In this document: in pieces, positions 15,910-24,181 of the stretch
Numbering within the stretch: position 1 is the stretch's first letter
Layout of the letters: the number at the start of each line of letters is the position of its first letter
From: Candidatus Saccharimonadota bacterium
Lineage (GTDB): Bacteria; Bacteroidota; Bacteroidia; Cytophagales; Amoebophilaceae
DNA length: 32,000 bases
Assembly: GCF_003351905.1 (NCBI RefSeq)
Contig: NZ_CP022339.1
Location: forward strand, 60,001-92,000
Direction: 5' to 3'
Program-made: the position numbers and the translations under genes
The notes under the pieces: generated by a model
Database searches by the model: none
The model's input: the letters and a program-made list of their open reading frames with translations, nothing else
Told to the model about the DNA's origin: nothing

Positions 15910-16984
15910 ATGAAAACCAAATACCTCCATCTAGCAGAAAGAATAAAGGCCTTAAAAGACTGTCTTTGACTATGCTGACAAAGATAGGCAACTACAGCTA
16001 TTAGAGGAAGCAGTTGCCGACCCTTTATTTTGGTCTAATCCAGCAGAGGCCCAACAAACCATCCAAAAAATTAAAGTATTAAAAGAAGCAATTGATCAAC
16101 TCAATACCCTACAGACCCAATGGGAAGAGCTTCTTTTGTTAGAAGCCTTATTTGCAGAAGATGCGGTAGCACAAGAGGAGTTATCACTTATTGCCTCATC
16201 TCTTGCTGCATTGGTAGAAGAAGTTGAGTTAAAAAAAATGTTGGATGGTGAAGCAGACCATTTAAATGCGATTATAGATATAAAACCAGGTGCAGGTGGC
16301 ACAGAAAGCCAAGATTGGGCCTACATGTTGGTACGTATGTATACGATGTGGGCAACTAAAAAAGGTTATGGGGTTAAAACGGTTCACTACCAACCAGGAG
16401 ATGGTGCAGGTGTAAAAGCGGTAACATTAGAAGTGGTGGGTGCCTATGCCTATGGCTATATAAAAGCAGAGGTGGGCATTCATCGGTTGGTTCGTCTCTC
16501 TCCCTTTGATGCTGCAGGTAAGCGACATACTTCGTTTGCGTCTATATATGCAGCCCCTGTGGTCGATGATACCATAAAAATTGAAATTAACCCTGCAGAT
16601 CTCAGTTGGGATACCTTTCGATCTGGTGGAGCGGGAGGACAAAATGTAAATAAAGTAGAAACAGCTGTTCGTGTGAAGCATATTCCTTCTGGTACTGTGG
16701 TGGAATGTCAACAAGAACGCTCTCAGCTACAAAATAGGGATAAAGCTTTACAACTGCTTAAATCGAAACTTTACCAACAAGCGCTAGAAAAGAGAAGAGC
16801 CAAACAACAACAAATAGAACAGAGCAAAAAAAAGATTGAATTTGGCGCTCAGATTAGGAGTTATGTGTTGCATCCTTATAAAATTATTAAGGATAACCGA
16901 ACAGGATATGAGCGAAAAGATGTAGAAAATGTTTTAGATGGTGATCTTGATGGATTTATAAAAGATTATTTATTACACGTTTAG
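15910..16984 (+). CDS. prfB: Peptide chain release factor 2, expressed via programmed +1 frameshift
   Basis: The frame-0 leader [19 protein letters not shown] ends at TGA 15967..15969. The +1 frame continues [14 protein letters not shown]... into track ORF 16136..16984. That ORF contains the SPF tripeptide ([18 protein letters not shown]) and the GGQ motif ([18 protein letters not shown]). Confidence 0.95.
15964..15970 (+). promoter_or_regulatory. prfB autoregulatory +1 frameshift site CTT TGA C
   Basis: The exact canonical heptamer CTTTGAC sits at codons 19-20 of prfB. The upstream 12 nt (TTAAAAGACTGT) contain no Shine-Dalgarno-like AGGGGG stimulator. Confidence 0.9.
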
Positions 16985-17154
16985 TATGTTCAGAACCTTG
17001 CGTCGAGGTAAGGATTAATCGAGATTGCTTTGAGGATAGGTTAGGAGTTGAAATTTAAAACAATACGGAAACAGAGTAAAATAAATTAAATTTTTCACCC
17101 ATTTCAACCAATAGATTCTTGCTATACCATAAAAAGTTACTATATTAAAGATAG

Positions 17155-18102
17155 ATGTTATATACCCCTATGGTGACCTCAAAGTTTTTAAATCCGAAGA
17201 ACGACGTAGCTTTTCGCAAGATATTTGGTAGTGAAAAGCATAAAGATATTCTTATTCACTTTATCAATGATGTGCTGGATCTACATGGTCCAGATAAAGT
17301 AAAAGAAGTAACTTTTCTTTCTACGATTCAGGATCCGGATATTGCTTGCAAAAAAGAAAGTATAGTAGATGTACTATGCACAGACCAATATGGCAAGCAA
17401 ATCATCGTAGAGATGCAAGTTGCTCCCCGAGAGGGCTTTGAAAAAAGGGCACAGTATTATGCTGCAAAAGCCTATTCCAGACAGCTCAATGCAGGGCAAG
17501 AAGTAGGCGCTAGATATCAAGATCTTAAAGCAGTTATTTTTATCGCTATTACGGATTATATTGTTTTTCCTGACAAAAAAGATTATCTATCCAATCATAT
17601 TATTTTAGACGCTAATACCTACGCGCATGATCTACAAGATTTCTCTTTTACTTTTATAGAACTACCCAAATTTAAGATTACCGCTATAGAAGACCTTTCC
17701 ACCATGATAGAGAAGTGGTGTTACTTTTTTCGTTATGCTTCCTCTACGAGTGAAAAAGATGTTAGCAAAATACTAGATTCTGATTTGGTTATTCAGCGCG
17801 CTTATGAAGCTTTAAATCGGTTTAACTGGTCAGAAACGGAATTACTTACCTATGAACAAGAGATCAAGCGTATCATGGATAATCAAGCAGTAGAAGACTA
17901 TATGAAAAACCAAGCTAGGATAGAGGGTAAGATGGAGGGTAAGATAGAGGGTAAGATAGAGGGTAAGATAGAGGGTAAGATGGAGGGTAAGATAGAGGGT
18001 AAGATAGAAATCGCTAAACTAATGCTCCAAGAAGGTGAGCCTATAGATAAGATTATGCGTTTCACTGGATTGTCCCAGCCTCATATTGAAAAACTTATCT
18101 AA
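17155..18102 (+). CDS. Rpn-family recombination-promoting nuclease / PD-(D/E)XK putative transposase (PDDEXK_2, TIGR01784-like)
   Basis: 315 aa. N-terminal FLNPKNDVAFRKIFGSEKHKDILIHFINDVL, nuclease-core-like VDVLCTDQYGKQIIVEMQV, C-terminal ...IEIAKLMLQEGEPIDKIMRFTGLS. All are typical of this family. Confidence 0.85.
   Translation: MLYTPMVTSKFLNPKNDVAFRKIFGSEKHKDILIHFINDVLDLHGPDKVKEVTFLSTIQDPDIACKKESIVDVLCTDQYGKQIIVEMQVAPREGFEKRAQYYAAKAYSRQLNAGQEVGARYQDLKAVIFIAITDYIVFPDKKDYLSNHIILDANTYAHDLQDFSFTFIELPKFKITAIEDLSTMIEKWCYFFRYASSTSEKDVSKILDSDLVIQRAYEALNRFNWSETELLTYEQEIKRIMDNQAVEDYMKNQARIEGKMEGKIEGKIEGKIEGKMEGKIEGKIEIAKLMLQEGEPIDKIMRFTGLSQPHIEKLI
17923..18006 (+). repeat. In-frame 12-bp tandem repeat x7 (GAGGGTAAGATR) encoding (EGKI/M)7 inside the Rpn-family gene
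   Basis: Seven head-to-tail units counted directly. Only the last base of each unit varies (A or G, giving I or M). Confidence 0.95.
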
Positions 18103-18112
18103 TTATTAGATA

Positions 18113-18137
18113 GGAAGTGTTCACTCAATCGTATCAA
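18113..18137 (+). repeat. Solo IS256-like terminal inverted repeat (IS end remnant)
   Basis: GGAAGTGTTCACTCAATCGTATCAA shares the first 10 nt exactly, and about 20/25 overall, with the ends of the IS at 13263..14610. No transposase follows. It lies 10 nt after the Rpn stop. Confidence 0.5.
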
Positions 18138-18200
18138 CTTAAGAAGTATATTTTATTGATTATTAAATAAAATATCAGTATCTATTCAAGTCAATGGTTT

Positions 18201-18286
18201 TGTATGTGTTCAGCGTAGTGGTTTTTATTAGGTATCTATTCAAGTCAATGGTTTTTTGCGTTAAAAAAACAACGCTCTTGTAAAAA
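18201..18286 (+). repeat. Dispersed 86-bp repeat, copy 1, ending exactly at the Lrp/AsnC start codon
   Basis: TGTATGTGTTCAGCGTAGTGGTTTTTATTAGGTATCTATTCAAGTCAATGGTTTTTTGCGTTAAAAAAACAACGCTCTTGTAAAAA. About 88% identical by eye to 28976..29061. Its internal 24-mer GTATCTATTCAAGTCAATGGTTTT (18232..18255) is also duplicated just upstream at 18178..18201. Confidence 0.85.
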
Positions 18287-18745
18287 ATGGAACTAGATAA
18301 AATAGATAAACATATTTTAAATATTCTTCAAGTTGATTCAAAAATCACCAATGCTGCGCTTGCACAGAAAATCAACCTATCTCCTGCAGCTACGCTTGAA
18401 CGGGTTAAAAAACTGGAGCAGCATGCCATTATCACAAGTTACTGTGCACAAATGGATTATGCAAAGCTAGGTTTCTTGGTCCATGTAATAGTGGGCATTC
18501 GCCTTCAAAAAAGTACCGCTGAATACATCAAGTTATTTAAACTTACGGTTGATAAAATAACATCTATTACCATTTGTTATCAAGTAATAGGTGATTTTGA
18601 TTTTGTGTTAATGGTCTATGCGAAAGATATAGCCAGCTACCAAACAATGGTAGTAGAAAAGCTCTATCTACTGCCCTTTGTGGACCATGTAAAAACCTTA
18701 TCAGTCACCCAATTGGTCAAAAACAAACCACTATTGCTAGCATAG
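18287..18745 (+). CDS. Lrp/AsnC-family transcriptional regulator
   Basis: 152 aa. N-terminal HTH LDKIDKHILNILQVDSKITNAALAQKINLSPAATLERVKKLEQHAIITSY, followed by a RAM/ligand domain of the usual length. Confidence 0.9.
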   Translation: MELDKIDKHILNILQVDSKITNAALAQKINLSPAATLERVKKLEQHAIITSYCAQMDYAKLGFLVHVIVGIRLQKSTAEYIKLFKLTVDKITSITICYQVIGDFDFVLMVYAKDIASYQTMVVEKLYLLPFVDHVKTLSVTQLVKNKPLLLA

Positions 18746-18920
18746 ACTCTTGACCCTTTCCATGGCAAATGGATGCCATGCATCCATTCATTCCCATCTC
18801 ATCGTTTCCATTATTTCTATTTTATCCGTATAATCTATTGTAGTTATTACGACAGCAATAATAAATATTGGATATTTTGAATGGCTAAGTGGTTTATGTT
18901 AACCTCTTAATGAAGTAGTT

Positions 18921-20714
18921 ATGTTTATCATATGGTTTTTATTGTCCTATTTAAAGATGATTCTACTTTTATCTTGCGTAACGAATCATTTACGCATTCC
19001 CAATCGTGCGCAGCAAATTGCAGAGAAGCATACAAAAATCGTGATGGAAAGCTTTACCGTGCTACAACCGCCTTGTGGTGGACAGGGGGCTAAATCTATC
19101 GGTACAGCGGACGCAAAACAAACTATAAAAATTATGAAAGAATATTGTGGTATGAACAATGAGAAGTATAATATCGTGGAGCCATTTTATTGTATGAATA
19201 GAGACGGGCAATCCGATTCTATAACACCTTTGACAAGATTGAATGACTATGAGAACAATAAAAAAGGGACGTTATTGACTTTCATCAATAGCCTAGTAAT
19301 AACCAATGGTCACTTATTGATGAATCTGGAATTATTATCGATTTATCTAGGTGATGAAAGCAAAATTCAGGAAGAAAGTGTAAGGAAAGCGTTTATAAAA
19401 ATAGAGCAAGTTGCTTTGGAGTCACAAAGGCGTTATAGAGCGGGAGCAATGTTTGCAGATGTCACCTACAAAGCGATCGAAGATATAATTACATATGTGC
19501 GCAGTAGAACGCGTATGTTTTCTCAGGCCCATCAATTACATGATAATTTTCATGCAACCGTTAGTGGTCTATACAGTCATATACTTACTAACCGAAAGAG
19601 CTTTGTGGATGTGCTAAAAATTGTATTTGAGAGATATAAAGAGGCGGAATTGGCTGTAACACATGCCCAACATATTTATAAAAAAAGGTTACAAGCACTG
19701 AATATAGAGAATAAAATAATCGATTTGTATCGCACAAAAGGCAAGGATGAAGCAGCTCGATTTTATTTAGACGTTCTCGCTATTTTGGAAGAAACAGAAA
19801 CCGAAGCTAAAGCTAAGGAAAAAATCAATGAAGCATTTACAAATGCACAAGAAACACCACTAAAAACAGTGGATCAATTGGTTCTAGAGATAGAGCCTAG
19901 TCCACGATCTAATCCAAACCTTGGATTGCATCGGAAAAAACACCCTAAAACAAAACAACAAAAGTTAAAGACAAAAAATCTAAAAAACTTTTCTGCTCAA
20001 GAAAGCGATAAGGTAAACCAACCTAAAAAATCTATGCCATTTATATGGGAACAAAATGAAGCGGAACTACAGGAAGCAAATAAGCTTCTACAATCAGTAG
20101 GGGGGCTACAAAAGCGTTTTGATACATATGGTTATAAAGTGCATCCTAGGGTATTACGGTGGGTTGGGGCAACTACCGATCAAATAAAAAAATTTGATAT
20201 GGATAATAAAAATAAAAAAATACACTATACGGATCTTAGAGAAGAAGATATTCTTTTGCAAAAGGCGTATCATGACCTGAAGGGTGTAGAATTGTTGCTT
20301 TGTGTAGATGACCATAAAGACTACTTTTTTAATACTCCTAAAGGTAAGTCAGCTTTTACCATTTTGAAGATGGGTGATGTTACGGTTGAAGGTATCCTTG
20401 AGATGGGCATTTCAGATGAGGGGAATATATATCATATGATGTTCAATGATAAGGTAAAACATAGGCCGGAGCAGTTGTTTCAAATTACAGATCCTCTATT
20501 AGAGGATGCAGACGAGGGTGGATTAGACAGTAATGCAAACGCTAGTCAGTGGTGCAATAAAGATGGCTTTGAAATAGCCAAACAAGATGATACATATATC
20601 GTCTCCTTTGGCATGCCTACTTCTACGCACTGCTCTATGCCTCAGCCCTCTAAAAAACTGTTTATTCAGCCGAATAAGTTATCTATAAAATCGATTAAAA
20701 ATTTAGCAAATTGA
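18921..20714 (+). CDS. Large orphan protein, possibly secreted; function unknown
   Basis: 597-aa ORF. The hydrophobic N-terminus has a lipobox-like LLLSC. There is a central K-rich low-complexity linker (HRKKHPKTKQQKLKTKNLKN) and a C-terminal globular region (YKVHPRVLRWVG...YHDLKGVELLL...IYHMMFND). I recognise no family. The start codon is uncertain (alternatives at 18957 or the MESFT methionine). Confidence 0.55.
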   Translation: MFIIWFLLSYLKMILLLSCVTNHLRIPNRAQQIAEKHTKIVMESFTVLQPPCGGQGAKSIGTADAKQTIKIMKEYCGMNNEKYNIVEPFYCMNRDGQSDSITPLTRLNDYENNKKGTLLTFINSLVITNGHLLMNLELLSIYLGDESKIQEESVRKAFIKIEQVALESQRRYRAGAMFADVTYKAIEDIITYVRSRTRMFSQAHQLHDNFHATVSGLYSHILTNRKSFVDVLKIVFERYKEAELAVTHAQHIYKKRLQALNIENKIIDLYRTKGKDEAARFYLDVLAILEETETEAKAKEKINEAFTNAQETPLKTVDQLVLEIEPSPRSNPNLGLHRKKHPKTKQQKLKTKNLKNFSAQESDKVNQPKKSMPFIWEQNEAELQEANKLLQSVGGLQKRFDTYGYKVHPRVLRWVGATTDQIKKFDMDNKNKKIHYTDLREEDILLQKAYHDLKGVELLLCVDDHKDYFFNTPKGKSAFTILKMGDVTVEGILEMGISDEGNIYHMMFNDKVKHRPEQLFQITDPLLEDADEGGLDSNANASQWCNKDGFEIAKQDDTYIVSFGMPTSTHCSMPQPSKKLFIQPNKLSIKSIKNLAN

Positions 20715-20795
20715 GATCTTACTTTTGACCAAACAGATGGTACAAAAATAGGCTTAGCCGTTGCATGTTTTTAGGATAGAGTCAAAGAGATAAAG

Positions 20796-21854
20796 ATGCG
20801 TTGCTATCTTATTGTTTTTATATTATTGGTGGGTGTAGATTTTCCCTTGGCTTTACCTTATTTATTTTCCTTTGACGATTACGTAAACGCAATCTACCAG
20901 CGGCAAAATTTTACGGAAGAGGAAGATTTTGAATCTATTAAACAAGCCCTTCGAGAAGCTTACGCTACACCATTGGATTTAAATAAGGCAACGGAAGAAT
21001 CATTGACAGCATTAGGAATTCTATCTACAAATCAAATAAAAAATTATTTTAACCATTTGGCTACCACAGGCCCGCTTTATTCCAAATATGAACTGCAGGC
21101 CATTCCTGATTTTGATCTAACCACCATAGCTTTGCTTTTACCATTTGTCTATGTAACAGAAACCTACCATCTTCCATCTAATTTTCTGAAAATCAATGAA
21201 AATAAATCTAGTTATTTTTTATGTCGTTATACGCCTTCACTGAATAAAACGACTCAGTCGTCTACCTTAGGTAATCTAGATCAATGTATGGTGCAACTTT
21301 CCTGTAACCATAATGATGCCATAACATGGGGCATCACCGGTAGAAAACAGGCAGGCGAATCATTTTATTGGGACCATGCAACCTATCGTTATGGATGTAA
21401 CCTATGGTCTGTTTTTGTAATGGTAAACCGTAAAAAGCAGATAAAAAAAATAGTCATTGGGGATTATCAAGTGGGTTATGGCCAAGGCTTATTGTTAAGT
21501 GCAGGGTATATCCATTCAGGAGAGGCGATTTGTTCTATTGTTCGTTCTAATAATGTGGGCATTAGGCCCTATAAGGGTATAAGGCGCATTGGATTGCGTG
21601 GTGTAGCCATTACCTCTGATCTAGGCCCTATTGAGGCAACAGGGTTCTATGCAAACCATAACCTAGATGCTACTTTGCAACGCAATGCAAATAACCAGCT
21701 CTATATCCATCAAATCGATTGCATAGGGAAATATGATACTGTCCATAAGTTAGCCAAAAAAGGCACGGTTAATGAACAGGTGGTTGGGTGCACCATACGA
21801 AAACCCTACCATAGAGGCCAAACAGAAGTGGGTATTGCTCTATTACCATTATGA
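20796..21854 (+). CDS. N-terminal part of a helix-hairpin-helix (ComEA-like) / beta-barrel protein; probably one gene broken by a frameshift
   Basis: Signal-like N-terminus. HhH motif PLDLNKATEESLTALGILSTNQIKNYFNHL and a second ELQAIPDFDLTTIALLLP. The ORF ends at 21854 while an overlapping +1 ORF continues. Confidence 0.6.
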   Translation: MRCYLIVFILLVGVDFPLALPYLFSFDDYVNAIYQRQNFTEEEDFESIKQALREAYATPLDLNKATEESLTALGILSTNQIKNYFNHLATTGPLYSKYELQAIPDFDLTTIALLLPFVYVTETYHLPSNFLKINENKSSYFLCRYTPSLNKTTQSSTLGNLDQCMVQLSCNHNDAITWGITGRKQAGESFYWDHATYRYGCNLWSVFVMVNRKKQIKKIVIGDYQVGYGQGLLLSAGYIHSGEAICSIVRSNNVGIRPYKGIRRIGLRGVAITSDLGPIEATGFYANHNLDATLQRNANNQLYIHQIDCIGKYDTVHKLAKKGTVNEQVVGCTIRKPYHRGQTEVGIALLPL

Positions 21855-22833
21855 TATACCTATTATGGACAAGACAGTGGCCAAGGAGCCCTATGGGTCC
21901 CAATCTGCTGCTAGTCTATTTTACCGTTTGTTATGGAAAAACTGGATCTTGTTTGGAGAGGCAGGGTTTACTATGCCAAATACTATTCAGGCTAAGCAGG
22001 GAAAAGCGTTGATTACAGGATGTGTAGTAAGTTTTTCCCGTTATGTAGATCTTTCAGGTGCGTTATATTACTATGGTAAGGGATTGTATACACCCTATGG
22101 GAATGCCTTTAAACGGTATACCACAGAACATGCCAATGAAAAAGGAGGGTATCTCTGTTTGCAAGTTACACCTTTACCTAGTTGGCAACTCGCAACTAGT
22201 GGGCACTTTTTTGCCACCTTATCTCCTAAGCCTCAGCTGTCAACAGCGCGTAGTGGCTATCGTTTTACTACACGTTCTAATTATATGTTGCATCGTACCA
22301 CCCTATTGGCCTTGCAACATAAACTGCATAAGAATCCGCGTAATAAGCCTAAAACAGCAGGTGAAGCCGCAACGACTGCCTCATCTACCCAAAATAGTTT
22401 GAAGTGTAAAGTAGACCACAAGCTGACCCACTATTGGTGGACCCAAGCAGAAATACAATATACCCATTATACTTTTTTATTCGAAACCCACCATGGTTAT
22501 GCGGTATCCAGCATACAAAAATGGAAAACCAGCCAATGGCAATTGGCTGGCAAAGCGATCTATTTTAATACTCCAAATTATGCTACTAGACTATACTTTT
22601 ATCTACCCAATCCATTATATAGTAGTACGCAATTTTATCCCTATTATGGTAATGGAATCGCTGCTACCGGGCTGGTTTGTTGGAAGCCCATGGGATGGAT
22701 TCGTCTGGAAATTAAATATAGTTTTATATATTATATTAAAGATCTGCCTAAAACAGAAGCAGCCCAAACAAAAAAACCTTCACCCAGTAGAGGTAGTCAT
22801 CGTGGAATGATACAACTTTTAGTAAGGTTTTAA
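21772..22833 (+). CDS. C-terminal part of the same HhH/beta-barrel protein (aromatic-rich beta-strand region)
   Basis: Overlaps the previous ORF by 83 nt in the +1 frame. It is Y/W/G-rich with alternating strands (YFNTPNYATRLYFYLPNPLYSS, IRLEIKYSFIYY) and ends ...QLLVRF with a terminal Phe, as in OMPs. There is no convincing independent start context. Confidence 0.55.
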   Translation: MNRWLGAPYENPTIEAKQKWVLLYYHYDIPIMDKTVAKEPYGSQSAASLFYRLLWKNWILFGEAGFTMPNTIQAKQGKALITGCVVSFSRYVDLSGALYYYGKGLYTPYGNAFKRYTTEHANEKGGYLCLQVTPLPSWQLATSGHFFATLSPKPQLSTARSGYRFTTRSNYMLHRTTLLALQHKLHKNPRNKPKTAGEAATTASSTQNSLKCKVDHKLTHYWWTQAEIQYTHYTFLFETHHGYAVSSIQKWKTSQWQLAGKAIYFNTPNYATRLYFYLPNPLYSSTQFYPYYGNGIAATGLVCWKPMGWIRLEIKYSFIYYIKDLPKTEAAQTKKPSPSRGSHRGMIQLLVRF

Positions 22834-22923
22834 CGCAACTTCTTACAAAAGATATTTTTTGTTTGCTTTTGTCTTTCCAGCAAGTGGAAGGGCAGCCTTG
22901 TTGCTAGTCTATTAGAACTATTC

Positions 22924-23520
22924 ATGAAAAAATCTACCATTGGCAAGTTGCCGCATATAACCCATATGTGGGTTAAGCTTTTAGCTACAATTAGCATCGT
23001 CTTGAGCAGTCTATTGGTAAATTATACCGCTTGCCATACTTCCAATCGACTCGACTCCGACTTAGCCATACAAGCCTGGTTTACACCACAGGACCCTTGT
23101 ATGGATCTTATTGTGGCCAAGGTTCTGTCTGCCAAAACATCCATTCTTGTACAAGCCTATGTCATTACCTCTAGGCAGATTGCAGACGCATTGATAGCAG
23201 CGCATCAAAATAAGGTGGCGGTTCAGTTGTTAATAGATAAAGATGCCCCAACTACCAAGGGCAGTAAAGTGAATGAGTTGCTGCGGTATGGTATGCCTAT
23301 TATAATTGATAAAACAGTTGGTTATGCACATAATAAAGTTATGATTATTGATGATGAATATGTGATTACAGGTTCTTTTAACTGGACACATGGTGCACAA
23401 ACCAGAAATGCAGAGAACCTAGTGATGATAACAGGAAAAGAAATCAATAGAAGGTTTAAAAATAATTGGTACATGCGGGCAGCAGTTGGAGAACGATTAA
23501 AATATATGCGTAACCATTGA
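22924..23520 (+). CDS. Secreted phospholipase-D-superfamily protein (Nuc-like endonuclease type, single HKD)
   Basis: 198 aa with signal/anchor LLATISIVLSSLLVNYTAC. The single HKD motif GYAHNKVMIIDDEYVITGSFNWT (HxKx4D...GSxN) and the size match Nuc-type PLD nucleases, which act as homodimers. Confidence 0.85.
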   Translation: MKKSTIGKLPHITHMWVKLLATISIVLSSLLVNYTACHTSNRLDSDLAIQAWFTPQDPCMDLIVAKVLSAKTSILVQAYVITSRQIADALIAAHQNKVAVQLLIDKDAPTTKGSKVNELLRYGMPIIIDKTVGYAHNKVMIIDDEYVITGSFNWTHGAQTRNAENLVMITGKEINRRFKNNWYMRAAVGERLKYMRNH

Positions 23521-23769
23521 CCTTATAGATTACAAAACAGTGGCGTTAACTTACTGTTGCCAAGCTACGGTTTTTAATCAAACTTGCGATCCCATCCAGC
23601 TATTATATTAAGGGTATACTTATTATCCATGAAAAAATACTGTTTTATCTACTCATTCATAATATGGATGCCTTATCCATGGAAAGAAACGATAATCCTA
23701 TTACATTTGCCAATGGTATCATCCCTACACCTCCATTATTGGCTAAATGAACTATAATTTTAAATTGCG

Positions 23770-24069
23770 ATGCATATGCACAATGCTCATCAGACAAAAA
23801 GTCTTAAAGAATTGGTAAACAGATTTCTTGAAACCTCTCCTTTTCAGAAACAACTAACAGCAGCTATGGTACGTGCTGCATGGCATACCACCATGCCTAA
23901 AGTGGTTTGTGATAGGACGGAAAAGCTTTATGTCCACCATAACAAGATTTTTTTAAAAATAACTTCTGCTCCTTTACGGCATGAGTTAAAGTGCAATAAA
24001 GATAGAATCCTGATGATGCTCCATCAAACTATGTCGCATACCCTGCTACAAGATGTTATTTTTTTGTAG
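23770..24069 (+). CDS. DUF721 / DciA-like small protein
   Basis: 99 aa. SLKELVNRFLE...QLTAAMVRAAWHTTMPKVVCDRTEKLYVHHNKIFLKITSAPLRHELKCNKDRIL follows the DUF721 pattern (l..a.i...W...vg..i...t......g.L.v.v.s......L......il..l). Recognised from memory, not searched. Confidence 0.55.
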   Translation: MHMHNAHQTKSLKELVNRFLETSPFQKQLTAAMVRAAWHTTMPKVVCDRTEKLYVHHNKIFLKITSAPLRHELKCNKDRILMMLHQTMSHTLLQDVIFL

Positions 24070-24181
24070 GTATACTTCCACAAAAAAGATGCAAAATAAA
24101 TCACTAACTATTTAGAACTACTAAAATATTGCTTAGATTCACATCAGCGTTCAAAAGTTATCAATACTGAACTGTAAAGGG

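Noticed and set aside
11597-16714. Shadow ORFs 11597..11887(+), 12563..12886(+), 13964..14167(-), 14896..15123(-), 15236..15454(-), 16096..16302(-) and 16427..16714(-)
   Set aside because: Each overlaps, on the opposite strand, a gene with clear family motifs (Ank-RING, T4CP, transposase, comM remnant, prfB) or the 251-aa ORF. None has recognisable features.
17923-18006. Short regular repeats as a possible CRISPR array
   Set aside because: The units are 12 bp with no spacers, lie in frame inside a well-supported CDS, and encode EGKI/M. This is a coding microsatellite, not a CRISPR. No CRISPR-like repeat-spacer structure was seen anywhere in the window.
22058-22810. ORFs 22058..22402 and 22493..22810 in an alternative plus-strand frame
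   Set aside because: They are nested within the longer beta-barrel-like ORF 21772..22833 and have Cys/Pro-rich nonsense-like composition.
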